Source: Candidatus Heimdallarchaeota archaeon
Lineage (GTDB): Archaea; Asgardarchaeota; Heimdallarchaeia; Heimdallarchaeales; Heimdallarchaeaceae
Reading direction: 5' to 3'
Assembly: GCA_018238545.1 (NCBI GenBank)
Contig: JABCTC010000042.1
Coordinates: 1-27,968, forward strand
Length of the DNA: 27,968 bases
Position numbers and translations under genes: made by a program. The notes under the pieces were generated by a model. The model made no database searches, had not been told where the DNA came from, and worked only from the letters and a program-made list of their open reading frames with translations. This document shows positions 1-9,591 of the stretch, piece by piece; the first letter of the stretch is position 1, and each line of letters begins with the position of its first letter.

Positions 1-171
1 AGATATAGGGCACCAGGAGGACATAAAAATAGAACTCCAGGACCAGGAACACAAGCAGCATTAAGAGCACTGAAAAGATCAGGAATGAGAATAATAAGAT
101 TAGAAGATGTGACCCCATTGCCTCACAATGGATGCCGCAGAAAGGGTGGCCGTAGAGGCCGTAGAATGTAG
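1..171 (+). CDS. rps11: 30S ribosomal protein uS11, 3' part (truncated by window edge)
   Basis: Manual frame-1 translation: [56 protein letters not shown], the archaeal/eukaryotic uS11 C-terminus. Confidence 0.97.
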   Translation, partial: RYRAPGGHKNRTPGPGTQAALRALKRSGMRIIRLEDVTPLPHNGCRRKGGRRGRRM

Positions 172-205
172 TTTTACTCTTTCACACTTTTCTTTTATTT
201 TTGTA
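172..205 (+). terminator. Oligo-T archaeal terminator-like tract after rps11
   Basis: T-rich run (ttttactctttcacacttttcttttatttttg) directly after the stop codon. Confidence 0.5.
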
Positions 206-251
206 ATATTTGGGTTTATATTCTATTTTCCATATTTTTATTTGAAGGTTC

Positions 252-1424
252 ATGATAGATATAAAGCCAAAAGAGTTCACTTGTGAAATCTGTGGAAAGA
301 AGTTTGGAAGAAAGGATAGTCTAGGGAGACACAATAAAACAGTTCACTCAAAATCGCAGAAATACAAATGTGCAGAGTGTAACCGTTTCTTTTCTCGTAA
401 AGATATTCTAGATCGTCATGTCAATGAGGTTCATAAACAAATACGGAAACATGTTTGTGATTTATGTGACGAGAAATTCAAACAGGCAGGAGCCCTAAAA
501 AGACATATTCAAACAATGCACGAAAAAAATACAATCTATGAGTGCCCAGATTGTGATGCCATATTCCCTCGAACAGATTCGTTGAAACGTCACATTGATA
601 CAGTTCATCTCAATCTTCGTCCTCATATTTGCGACGAATGTGGTGCAACTTTTCAATTACCAAGCCATCTAAAGGATCATATAATTTCTATTCATACTAA
701 CCAACGTCAATACATCTGTAATGAATGTGGTTTTGTATTCAAACTCCGTCAGCATCTTAATGATCATATCAAAGTTGTTCATCAGAATCATCGACCTTAT
801 ACTTGTGAAGAATGTGATTCTACCTTTGCTCATGCACGTGGGTTGAAACTTCATATTATTGCTATGCACACTGATGAACTCCCTTATGTCTGCGATAAAT
901 GTAAGAGGGGTTTTGCCGATCCTAGTCATCTGTACAAACATGAACAAGCTGAAGCCTGTTGGTTTACTACTACTACTGCTTACAAATGGGAAGAGCTTTG
1001 TAAAGAGATAGCTGAGATACTGTTAGAAGATAAGAAGTGGAGATGGAAACCTACTATCGAAACACCTGAGTTGGTTGAGCAGACTAGAGTGCAACCTGAG
1101 ATTGTTATCTACAATGATGATGGTACGATGGATTTTATCGATGCTAAGAGGTCTACTTACGCTATTTTCAAGGAGAAGGATCTGGTAGTGTATCCTAAAC
1201 TGGCTAGGAAGGTGGAGTTCTGGTGCCTCTACGGTAAGACCGAGGGGTTGTTTGAGGAGGAAGAGGGAATAGAAGTAAAATCAAGTGAGGAAATTATAAA
1301 AGATCTAAAAGAGAATAGTAAAAAAAATCGTTCAACAACAGATAGAATAGTGATGAATATTATAATGCTCAAGAAAGGTAAAGTGTACAACGGACAACGA
1401 ATTCTTACAAATCAAAAATTATGA
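252..1424 (+). CDS. Tandem C2H2 zinc-finger array (7 C2H2 + 1 C2HC) fused to a C-terminal PD-(D/E)xK-like nuclease domain
   Basis: Eight C-x2-C-x3-F-x5-L-x2-H-x4-H(/C) units at exact 29-aa spacing (aa 11-236). The C-terminus has WEE...QPEIVI...FIDAK. Confidence 0.85.
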   Translation: MIDIKPKEFTCEICGKKFGRKDSLGRHNKTVHSKSQKYKCAECNRFFSRKDILDRHVNEVHKQIRKHVCDLCDEKFKQAGALKRHIQTMHEKNTIYECPDCDAIFPRTDSLKRHIDTVHLNLRPHICDECGATFQLPSHLKDHIISIHTNQRQYICNECGFVFKLRQHLNDHIKVVHQNHRPYTCEECDSTFAHARGLKLHIIAMHTDELPYVCDKCKRGFADPSHLYKHEQAEACWFTTTTAYKWEELCKEIAEILLEDKKWRWKPTIETPELVEQTRVQPEIVIYNDDGTMDFIDAKRSTYAIFKEKDLVVYPKLARKVEFWCLYGKTEGLFEEEEGIEVKSSEEIIKDLKENSKKNRSTTDRIVMNIIMLKKGKVYNGQRILTNQKL

Positions 1425-1489
1425 GTGAATTTTAGTGCTGTAAGATTTTTGGAAAAAGTATATCTATAAAGTAGTACATAGAATCAACT

Positions 1490-2407
1490 ATGTTGGATGA
1501 ACATAGGATGGGCGTACTAAAAACACTTCGAAATTTGAGATATCCTTACATTGTGGAAGGAATGATTAAAGGACGTCTAGAACGAATAAAATATTCGAAA
1601 ACTCATCATGGCGAATCTCATGGACATTTCTGTTATGCAAGATTACAAATGTACGAAGCAAATATTGTATGCTTGCAAGAGATAAGAAGAAGAATAATAA
1701 AAGAAGCAAAACTAAGCGTTGCATTTTCTTCTGAAGAATCTAAAGAAGAAATAATGAAACGTGTTGTGGAACTCAAGAATAATACAAATAGGAGAGTACC
1801 TGAAGTTCAAGCAAAGGTTTCTTTTCCAGAGAGTGGAGAAGAAATAAGAAAGTTAGCATATGAAATTGCGCTATATTTTTCACAAGGATATGAAATGTAT
1901 AAAACCTCTATGGATATGGATATTAGTTCAAGTCCTATTTTGGAATATTATGCTTTGTTACAGATTGTTAAAGGGATTATCCTTCTTGAACTAGAAGTGC
2001 ATCCACAGGAATTTCTTGGTGCGCATGGTTTGGAAAGAAGAAAAGCAAATGATGAGTCAATACTCCAAGTGAAGGTAAAAACACATGGAGTGTTCGCAGC
2101 CTTATTGCTTCGTACAAGTATGTTGTCAGAAAATAAGGAGGGGATTATATCATCTAAATTGGGAAAGCAATACTCAGATTATTTCCCCAAATTTGAAGAT
2201 TTAGTCGATAAACAAATTGTTTATCGTGATATTCCTGAAACTTTCATTTTTGCATGGATACTTTCAGAGATTGCAAGATATCAACCAAAAAAATGGAGAG
2301 AAATCTGTTTAGGAGAAAACAACAATTGGATCAACAGCATTAATGATTTCAGAGAAGAAGGAATACCAAAAGCAATCTTTGCTTTAATTGATGGATTCTG
2401 TAACTAG
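1490..2407 (+). CDS. YaaC-family protein
   Basis: Motifs SPILEYYALLQIVKGII, HGL, HGVF and ILSEIARYQPKKW resemble YaaC-family conserved blocks. Confidence 0.7.
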   Translation: MLDEHRMGVLKTLRNLRYPYIVEGMIKGRLERIKYSKTHHGESHGHFCYARLQMYEANIVCLQEIRRRIIKEAKLSVAFSSEESKEEIMKRVVELKNNTNRRVPEVQAKVSFPESGEEIRKLAYEIALYFSQGYEMYKTSMDMDISSSPILEYYALLQIVKGIILLELEVHPQEFLGAHGLERRKANDESILQVKVKTHGVFAALLLRTSMLSENKEGIISSKLGKQYSDYFPKFEDLVDKQIVYRDIPETFIFAWILSEIARYQPKKWREICLGENNNWINSINDFREEGIPKAIFALIDGFCN

Positions 2408-2484
2408 TTTCCCTAAATCATTATTTTATTGGATTCTTGTTTGACACTACAGGTTGATTCTTCTCTTTTAAAATAGATATTTGA

Positions 2485-2768
2485 CTTTCACAGGAAGAAC
2501 ATGATAAAGTAACATTTGTAAATGAAAACGTTAGAACCTTTCTGGAAAATCTTCAAACAGAAGAAGATGTGTGGTTATTAGGAGGGGGGAAAAATCATAG
2601 AGGCATTTCATAATGAATCGTTGATTGATGAATACATAATATCGATAGTACCGAGTGTTATAGGACAAGGGATGCCATTATTTAGACAATCAGTAGTTGA
2701 AAGCAATCTAGAATTAGTAAAAAGCCAGCAGTTCGATTCAGGAATTGTAAATTTGTATTATAAGAAAA

Positions 2769-2779
<11 letters not shown>
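2485..2779 (+). pseudogene. 5'-truncated, frameshifted dihydrofolate reductase / RibD C-terminal-domain family gene
   Basis: Translates as ...EDVWLLGGG [frameshift in the ggggggaaaaa run near 2584-2594] KIIEAFHNESLIDEYIISIVPSVIGQGMPLF...DSGIVNLYYKK*. In-frame stop at 2482 and no N-terminal half. Confidence 0.8.
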
Positions 2780-3780
<1,001 letters not shown>

Positions 3781-3852
3781 TTACTCATTTAAATCTACTC
3801 TCTCGCCCAAACTTTTTTTTATCACTACGCTAGTTTTATTTAGGGTTATTCA

Positions 3853-4689
3853 ATGTCAATAGAAAAAATCAAAGAAAATGTTTATGCAATTACTGATGGT
3901 AGTACACGTGGAAACGTAACCGCTTATGTTTTACCTACACAAATCGTCTTTGTTGATTCAGGGATGCATATACCAATGATAAAGAAATTTAGGGAACATG
4001 TTGAAAAAGAAACTGGCAAAAAGGCTTCTATCCTTTTTATCACTCATGAACATGGAGATCATGTTTTTGGTAATCAAATATTCACAGATTGTGAGATAAT
4101 TACATCAGAATTAGCAAATGAAGCCATGATAAAATCAAAACAAAATGATTGGACACCTGAGAACTTGGAAGAATGGAAGAAAAATGCAGAAGACCCAACT
4201 GCATTAGAAGGGTTACAAATTGTTTTACCCAATAAAACCTTTGTAGATGAATATGAGATGGTAGATGGGAATGTAAAAATCATAGTTAAAAGAACAGGTG
4301 GTCATACTGAAGGGTCAAGTTACGTTTATTGTCCAAACTACAAGGTAATGTTCGCTGGTGACAATTTATTTAATCACAGCTTTCCTTGGGGTGGGACACC
4401 TACTGCCGACCCTTTAAAATGGATCAAAGCCTTAGAAGAATACCTCTCGCTTGATGTGGAGCATTATATTCCTGGACATGGTTCAATATCTAACAAGGAA
4501 CCTTTAGAGGAATTTCATGCTTATCTGAACAAGGTTGTTACTCTTATGAAGAATATGTCTGCAGAAGAAAAGAGTGAAGAAGAAATTCTTGAAAAAGCTG
4601 ATAAGATAGAATATTACCCTCCTAGAAGGGAGCAGTGGAAGGCTTTAACGTTAAAGAAATGGTATGATGTTGTGTTAAAATTAATCTGA
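3853..4689 (+). CDS. MBL-fold metallo-hydrolase (cyclase-like)
   Basis: THEHGDH, GGHT, AGD and PGHG motifs. Confidence 0.9.
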   Translation: MSIEKIKENVYAITDGSTRGNVTAYVLPTQIVFVDSGMHIPMIKKFREHVEKETGKKASILFITHEHGDHVFGNQIFTDCEIITSELANEAMIKSKQNDWTPENLEEWKKNAEDPTALEGLQIVLPNKTFVDEYEMVDGNVKIIVKRTGGHTEGSSYVYCPNYKVMFAGDNLFNHSFPWGGTPTADPLKWIKALEEYLSLDVEHYIPGHGSISNKEPLEEFHAYLNKVVTLMKNMSAEEKSEEEILEKADKIEYYPPRREQWKALTLKKWYDVVLKLI

Positions 4690-4838
4690 TTTTTCTCATA
4701 TTGCTCTTTATAACTATTTTTTCGCGGAGATAATACTTAGAAAAAAGAAATTTTTGTCAGATTTTTATTTGTGGTCTTTTAGTTGTTATTCACAATATAA
4801 TAGATAATCTGATACGAGTGATGCAAGCAGATGACCTT

Positions 4839-4901
4839 AAAGAAGAGGACCAATGAAGAATCCTTTCCCTTCAGCAACCCACAATGGGGGTCCTCTTCCT
4901 T
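4839..4901 (-). ncRNA. Candidate structured RNA (three-way junction)
   Basis: 13-bp closing stem AAGGAAGAGGACC/GGTCCTCTTCTTT with two internal hairpins. G-U wobbles work only on the minus strand. GC-richer than the flanks. Confidence 0.35.
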
Positions 4902-4962
4902 CTTCCACCATAAAAAAATCTTAAATAGAAGCAAGATAGGTCGATTTTATTCGTGGTAAACT

Positions 4963-5712
4963 ATGTATGAAATAGAGTTTGTACCTAAAATTAACGAAAT
5001 TGGACTCGATGAAAAAATCAAATTCTCTTCATTTATTGATTATATGCAACATACAGCATACATGCATGCAGATCAATTAGGAGTGGGGCACCATCAGATT
5101 TTTCATAAAAATTTAACTTGGTTGCTTCTAAGATATGCGGTGGAAGTTATTCGTTATCCCACTTTAGATGAAAAACTTAGGGTCGTTACATGGGTAGCTG
5201 AGTCTGAAAGCCCAAAATTCACTTTAAGAGATTTTGAGATCTATGATGAGAGAGATAATATCATTTGTAAAGCTACAACAAGCTGGTTGCTATATAACTA
5301 CAAAAAAAGACAGATTATTGATTTTGTAGATTATTGGTCAAATTATGATGCAAGAGATAAAAGAGCTTTGGACTATGATTTTCCTAAACTAGGATTACCT
5401 GAAAAAGTTTCTACAAATAGAACTATTAAGGTCAGACTACATGATTTAGATATTAATCAGCATGTAAACCACCGAATGTATATAGAATGGATAATAGAGG
5501 GAATATCTCAAAAAATATTCAAAAAATATGAATTGGAAAAACTGGAAATTAGTTTTAAGGATCAAGCACTCTATGAAGATGAATTATTGGTTGAAACTGA
5601 AATAGAAAAGATTCAAGGTACAGGACAAATAACAGCGATTCATCAGATAACAAAAGGTAAGAAAAAAAGCCTTGTTTCCAAAGCTGTCACTTATTGGAGA
5701 ACACGAGAATAA
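4963..5712 (+). CDS. Acyl-ACP/acyl-CoA thioesterase (FatA/FatB-like, double hot-dog)
   Basis: DLDINQHVNH..YIEW catalytic motif. N-terminal hot-dog pattern W.L.RY.VE..RYP...E...V.TW. Confidence 0.9.
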   Translation: MYEIEFVPKINEIGLDEKIKFSSFIDYMQHTAYMHADQLGVGHHQIFHKNLTWLLLRYAVEVIRYPTLDEKLRVVTWVAESESPKFTLRDFEIYDERDNIICKATTSWLLYNYKKRQIIDFVDYWSNYDARDKRALDYDFPKLGLPEKVSTNRTIKVRLHDLDINQHVNHRMYIEWIIEGISQKIFKKYELEKLEISFKDQALYEDELLVETEIEKIQGTGQITAIHQITKGKKKSLVSKAVTYWRTRE

Positions 5713-5768
5713 ATAGAAAGACCTCTAATGTGAAGTAGATTTATATTATAGATTGTTATAAACAAGTT

Positions 5769-7562
5769 ATGGGTTATGAAGCAATCACCTTTCTATTATT
5801 TGCCGCTTATTTGCCGCTTGTTTGGATTCCAATCCGTTTAGCAATCAAAAAGCAAATAGGATACAAAATCGCTCCCGTAATTCTTGCCCTCTTTTTGATG
5901 GGTGTATGGATAGTTGGTTTTGTTTTTCGAACAATGTTAGTTACAGCTATTGAGCATCTAATGTTTGCTGGAGCGCTTTCTATTCTAGCAGTAATTACTT
6001 TCGAGATTGTTAGAGGTAAAACTAGATTTCTCAATAGGTTCAAGACAAGAAAGCGTTTTACAGGACTTATCATAATTGTTCTTATAATTGTAGTTGGTGG
6101 GAATTCACTATTAGGTATAAACAAAACCATGCAAAGTGCAAGATATTTTGAGAACATGGTTACCTATGATTCTACTAATTTACCATTTGTTATTCTCGAT
6201 GAGGTAAACGAGATAGATAAGAATATACGACTTGTCACAAAAGAATTTGCAATAAGCAAAGCAGAACAAAATAAAGCTATTTTTGGTTCTAATGCTGAAT
6301 TGATGGAAGCTAACGTCATATTTGTTAATAATTCTATTTACTGGTGTATGATTTATGCACCGAAAAGTTCAGCACAATTCTGGACTCCAGGACAATTTAA
6401 CCATGCTTGGGGATTGATACTAGTTGAAGTTAACAATCCAAACGCTGAACCAGTAACAATTAATTTTCCAGAAGGAGAGTTTAATTATGCTGATGGATTA
6501 TGGCGTAACCACAATATTGTTCTTAAAAATTACCGTCGGGATCAAGGGGCAAAATACTGGCGCTCATATCCAGCTTGGACAGGCACTGAATGGGTTTATG
6601 TTGTTACTCGAACTACTAGAAATGTTTATGGAGCATGGTATTCTGATGGAATAGATGTTCTCGATATTACAACAGGTGGTCTAATCACGCATTATACAGC
6701 TGCAGAATTAGACACAACGCCCGACTATATCATGCAAATTTATTCTGAAAGATTGGTTGAAGAAAAATGGATTTGGAATTGGGGTGATAAACGAGATACA
6801 ACAGCAGAAGGTAACATACGTTTCTTCAGTGGTTTTCCATTTTACAGTTCAGATAGGATTGGTTTTTATGGAGACGGAGTTGAAGATATCCGTTATGTGA
6901 AATATCAAAATTCTACTTTAGCCTTCTTTGCTACACATCCTTTTGATTCTTCAGAGACTCTAGCAGGCATAGGTGTAATGACAAAAAGTGATGTTACATT
7001 TTATGACCTTAGAAATCGAGGATTTATTTCAGCTAATACAGCAGCTACACTAGCTGAGGGGCAACTTACTGCACCAAATGAAGGTGGGTATATTGTTCAA
7101 ATGCCAGTGCCATATACACTTAATACTTCTATTGGATTGAGATTGGCTTGGTTCATACCCATCTATTGGCAGAGTGGTACCATACAAAGATTATCTCACG
7201 TCTGTGTTATTGATGCTTTAGACTCAAGTTATGTAGCTATTGCTGAGGCTGAAGGACTATCAGGATCTCAAGTAGTAAAAGAAGCACGATTGCAATTCAA
7301 GTCCTTTTTCACAAGTGAAGTTGTAGAAGACCAATATGAAGTTGCACAAATAGAAGATGTTGGAAGCTATGTGGAAAATGGTGACAGTATCTTTATTTTC
7401 CAATTGAATGATAGTCGAACAATACGTTGTTCCCAAGATTATCTGAATGTAACTCATTGGAATCAGGTTGTTCTAGCAGATATAGGAGACGACATACGAT
7501 ACACATTCACAGAAGATGACGAAGGGATATTTTGGGCCACAGAGTTCTTCATTTTAACTTAA
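5769..7562 (+). CDS. Hypothetical membrane-anchored protein (about 4 N-terminal TM helices plus a large soluble domain)
   Basis: 597-aa ORF with hydrophobic segments in aa 1-115 and a beta-rich, aromatic remainder. Confidence 0.75.
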   Translation: MGYEAITFLLFAAYLPLVWIPIRLAIKKQIGYKIAPVILALFLMGVWIVGFVFRTMLVTAIEHLMFAGALSILAVITFEIVRGKTRFLNRFKTRKRFTGLIIIVLIIVVGGNSLLGINKTMQSARYFENMVTYDSTNLPFVILDEVNEIDKNIRLVTKEFAISKAEQNKAIFGSNAELMEANVIFVNNSIYWCMIYAPKSSAQFWTPGQFNHAWGLILVEVNNPNAEPVTINFPEGEFNYADGLWRNHNIVLKNYRRDQGAKYWRSYPAWTGTEWVYVVTRTTRNVYGAWYSDGIDVLDITTGGLITHYTAAELDTTPDYIMQIYSERLVEEKWIWNWGDKRDTTAEGNIRFFSGFPFYSSDRIGFYGDGVEDIRYVKYQNSTLAFFATHPFDSSETLAGIGVMTKSDVTFYDLRNRGFISANTAATLAEGQLTAPNEGGYIVQMPVPYTLNTSIGLRLAWFIPIYWQSGTIQRLSHVCVIDALDSSYVAIAEAEGLSGSQVVKEARLQFKSFFTSEVVEDQYEVAQIEDVGSYVENGDSIFIFQLNDSRTIRCSQDYLNVTHWNQVVLADIGDDIRYTFTEDDEGIFWATEFFILT

Positions 7563-7674
7563 TCGTTTGAGTTTAACGATTATTTTTTTTCTTTCTTCTT
7601 ATCACTTAACTTTTTTATATTTTAAATCTAAATTAATGCATAGAAAGCGTTAACAAAAAAGGCGTTGAAAATCG

Positions 7675-8697
7675 ATGAACAAGGAAAAGAAGATATTTGA
7701 TTTGGTAAGTCTAGGATCTTGCACTATGGATATGATTGTTTCCGTTGAAGATGTATTAAGAATGGAACTTGTTGATAAGAACCTAGTTGATAAAAAATAT
7801 TTAGCAATTGAGCATTCTTCAAAATTAAATGTTAGCAATATTAAATTTCATCCTGGTGGTTCAGCAGCAAATATCTCCTGTGATCTATCCAGCATTGGTT
7901 TTAATACGGCGTATATAGGAGGAGTTGGAGAGGACTCTAATGGTAAAGCATGTTTAGAAGATATGCAAAACCATGGAGTAGATACTTCGGGTGTTAAAAT
8001 ATTTGGTGAGGATGTAACAGCTGTTTCTGTAATCATACTAACACCGTGGGGTAGAGATAGCTCAATATTAGCCTACAAGGGAGCAAACAACCTCTTCTCT
8101 GAAGAACACATACTAGATGAGATGCTATTATCTACAAGATGTTTTGTTTGGACATCATTAACTTCTGATAATGGAATCAAAGCAATAGAAAAATGCATAA
8201 AACTAGCTAAATCTACAAATGGTTTAATTGTGGGGGCACCATCGACATCTATTATAAAAAATCGTTCAGAGGAAGTAATTAACCTGCTTCAACAAAGTGA
8301 TATAATAAGTTTAAATGAAGAAGAACTTATTGCTCTCACTAATGAAGCAGATATAAAGAAAGGAATGGAGAAATTGTTTGATTTAGGCATTAAGATTGTT
8401 AATATCACATTTGGAAAAGAAGGACAGTGGTTGAGTGATGGAGAGACAATTATAAAGACCAAGCCTCCAAAGGTTTTTGCTGCCGATACAACAGGGGCTG
8501 GTGATGCAACTATCAGTGGTATTATTTATGGTATGTTAGAGGGAAAGAGTCTTGCTGAGACTGCTAGAATAGCTGCTTCATTAAGTGCAATGGAGATTGA
8601 ATCACCAGGTGTGAGAGTAGGAACACCAGTAAAGTATACAGAATTAGAAGAATTTATGAAAAAGCATCCAATTACTCAGACAATAGTAGATTTTTGA
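7675..8697 (+). CDS. PfkB-family carbohydrate/nucleoside kinase
   Basis: PGGSAAN, GGVGEDSNG and DTTGAGD signatures. Confidence 0.92.
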   Translation: MNKEKKIFDLVSLGSCTMDMIVSVEDVLRMELVDKNLVDKKYLAIEHSSKLNVSNIKFHPGGSAANISCDLSSIGFNTAYIGGVGEDSNGKACLEDMQNHGVDTSGVKIFGEDVTAVSVIILTPWGRDSSILAYKGANNLFSEEHILDEMLLSTRCFVWTSLTSDNGIKAIEKCIKLAKSTNGLIVGAPSTSIIKNRSEEVINLLQQSDIISLNEEELIALTNEADIKKGMEKLFDLGIKIVNITFGKEGQWLSDGETIIKTKPPKVFAADTTGAGDATISGIIYGMLEGKSLAETARIAASLSAMEIESPGVRVGTPVKYTELEEFMKKHPITQTIVDF

Positions 8698-8771
8698 ATG
8701 AAAATAAATGCAAAACAATCATAGATAAGGTAAATTTCATCCAAGATTTATTACAACTTCAACCAATGTGT

Positions 8772-9500
8772 TCAAGTTCCAGGGAACAGATTTATCAAAT
8801 CAACAAGTGATGAAATTATAAAATCAGGTTTTTCTAGCTCAAGGCTCGATCGAGTAAAATTTCCAAGGTCTCCTAAGATTCCCACAGTTTTTGTTCCTGC
8901 AGCTTTACCAGCTCTGATATCTTGAGGAAAATCTCCAATCATAGCACACATTGAGGGATCCTTACCTAGTTCCATACAAGCTAGTAATAAAGATTCAGGA
9001 TAAGGTTTGATTTTCTTAACTTTATTTCGTGTAATTATGACATCAAAGTTGTTTAAGAATTCGATATGTTTCTTTACTCTGTTAACAGTCTTGTCACCAG
9101 CATTTGTAACAATAGCTAAATCGTAACCTCGGGAATGAAGAACTTCCAAGACATCATTTACACCATCAAGTGGAACTATGTTTTTAAAAGCCATTGGATC
9201 AGATTTAACATTTCTTAGAACCTTAACGACATCAAAAAGAGACAGTCTTAATGCTCGGGCGGACTTCCACACCATTTGTAGCTTTAATAGTTTTGAACTG
9301 CCTTGTGAGGTTTCCATTACTTGGGTTATCATGTTATCTAGAACCTCTTGCCGTTTTTGTTTATCAAAATCTGGTTTAACCTTGTCAAAAGCTCTTATGA
9401 ATGGGTTCCACCATCTTTCACCAAGATCAATAAGTGTACCATCCAGATCAAAAAGCAGAGTATTCACTTCAGCTATTGGCATCATTTCTAACTGAACCAA
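8772..9500 (-). CDS. HAD-superfamily hydrolase (phosphoglycolate phosphatase-like); start may be near 9485
   Basis: FDLDGTLID, VTN, KPYP and MIGD...DI.AGKAAG motifs. Confidence 0.92.
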   Translation of the reverse strand: MVQLEMMPIAEVNTLLFDLDGTLIDLGERWWNPFIRAFDKVKPDFDKQKRQEVLDNMITQVMETSQGSSKLLKLQMVWKSARALRLSLFDVVKVLRNVKSDPMAFKNIVPLDGVNDVLEVLHSRGYDLAIVTNAGDKTVNRVKKHIEFLNNFDVIITRNKVKKIKPYPESLLLACMELGKDPSMCAMIGDFPQDIRAGKAAGTKTVGILGDLGNFTRSSLELEKPDFIISSLVDLINLFPGT

Positions 9501-9591
9501 AAGTATGATTATAATAATGTTATTAATCTATCAAAAACATCTAATTTGTTAACCAGAAGTCTTTTTAGATAACACTATTTGTGTTGTAACA

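Noticed and set aside
140-171. rps11 3' end (ggtggccgtagaggccgtag) as the zinc-finger target
   Set aside because: Only a loose resemblance to the predicted site. No convincing match was found in the window by eye, and the code-based prediction is too imprecise.
4859-4869. 11-mer AATCCTTTCCC shared with 25114-25124
   Set aside because: The second copy falls between the TATA and the predicted TSS with no shared structure, so chance cannot be excluded.
4852-4890. SECIS, C/D box or hammerhead interpretation of the intergenic hairpin
   Set aside because: No opposing GA for an AUGA quartet, no properly placed C/D pair, no CUGANGA/GAAA core, and no UGA-interrupted neighbouring gene.
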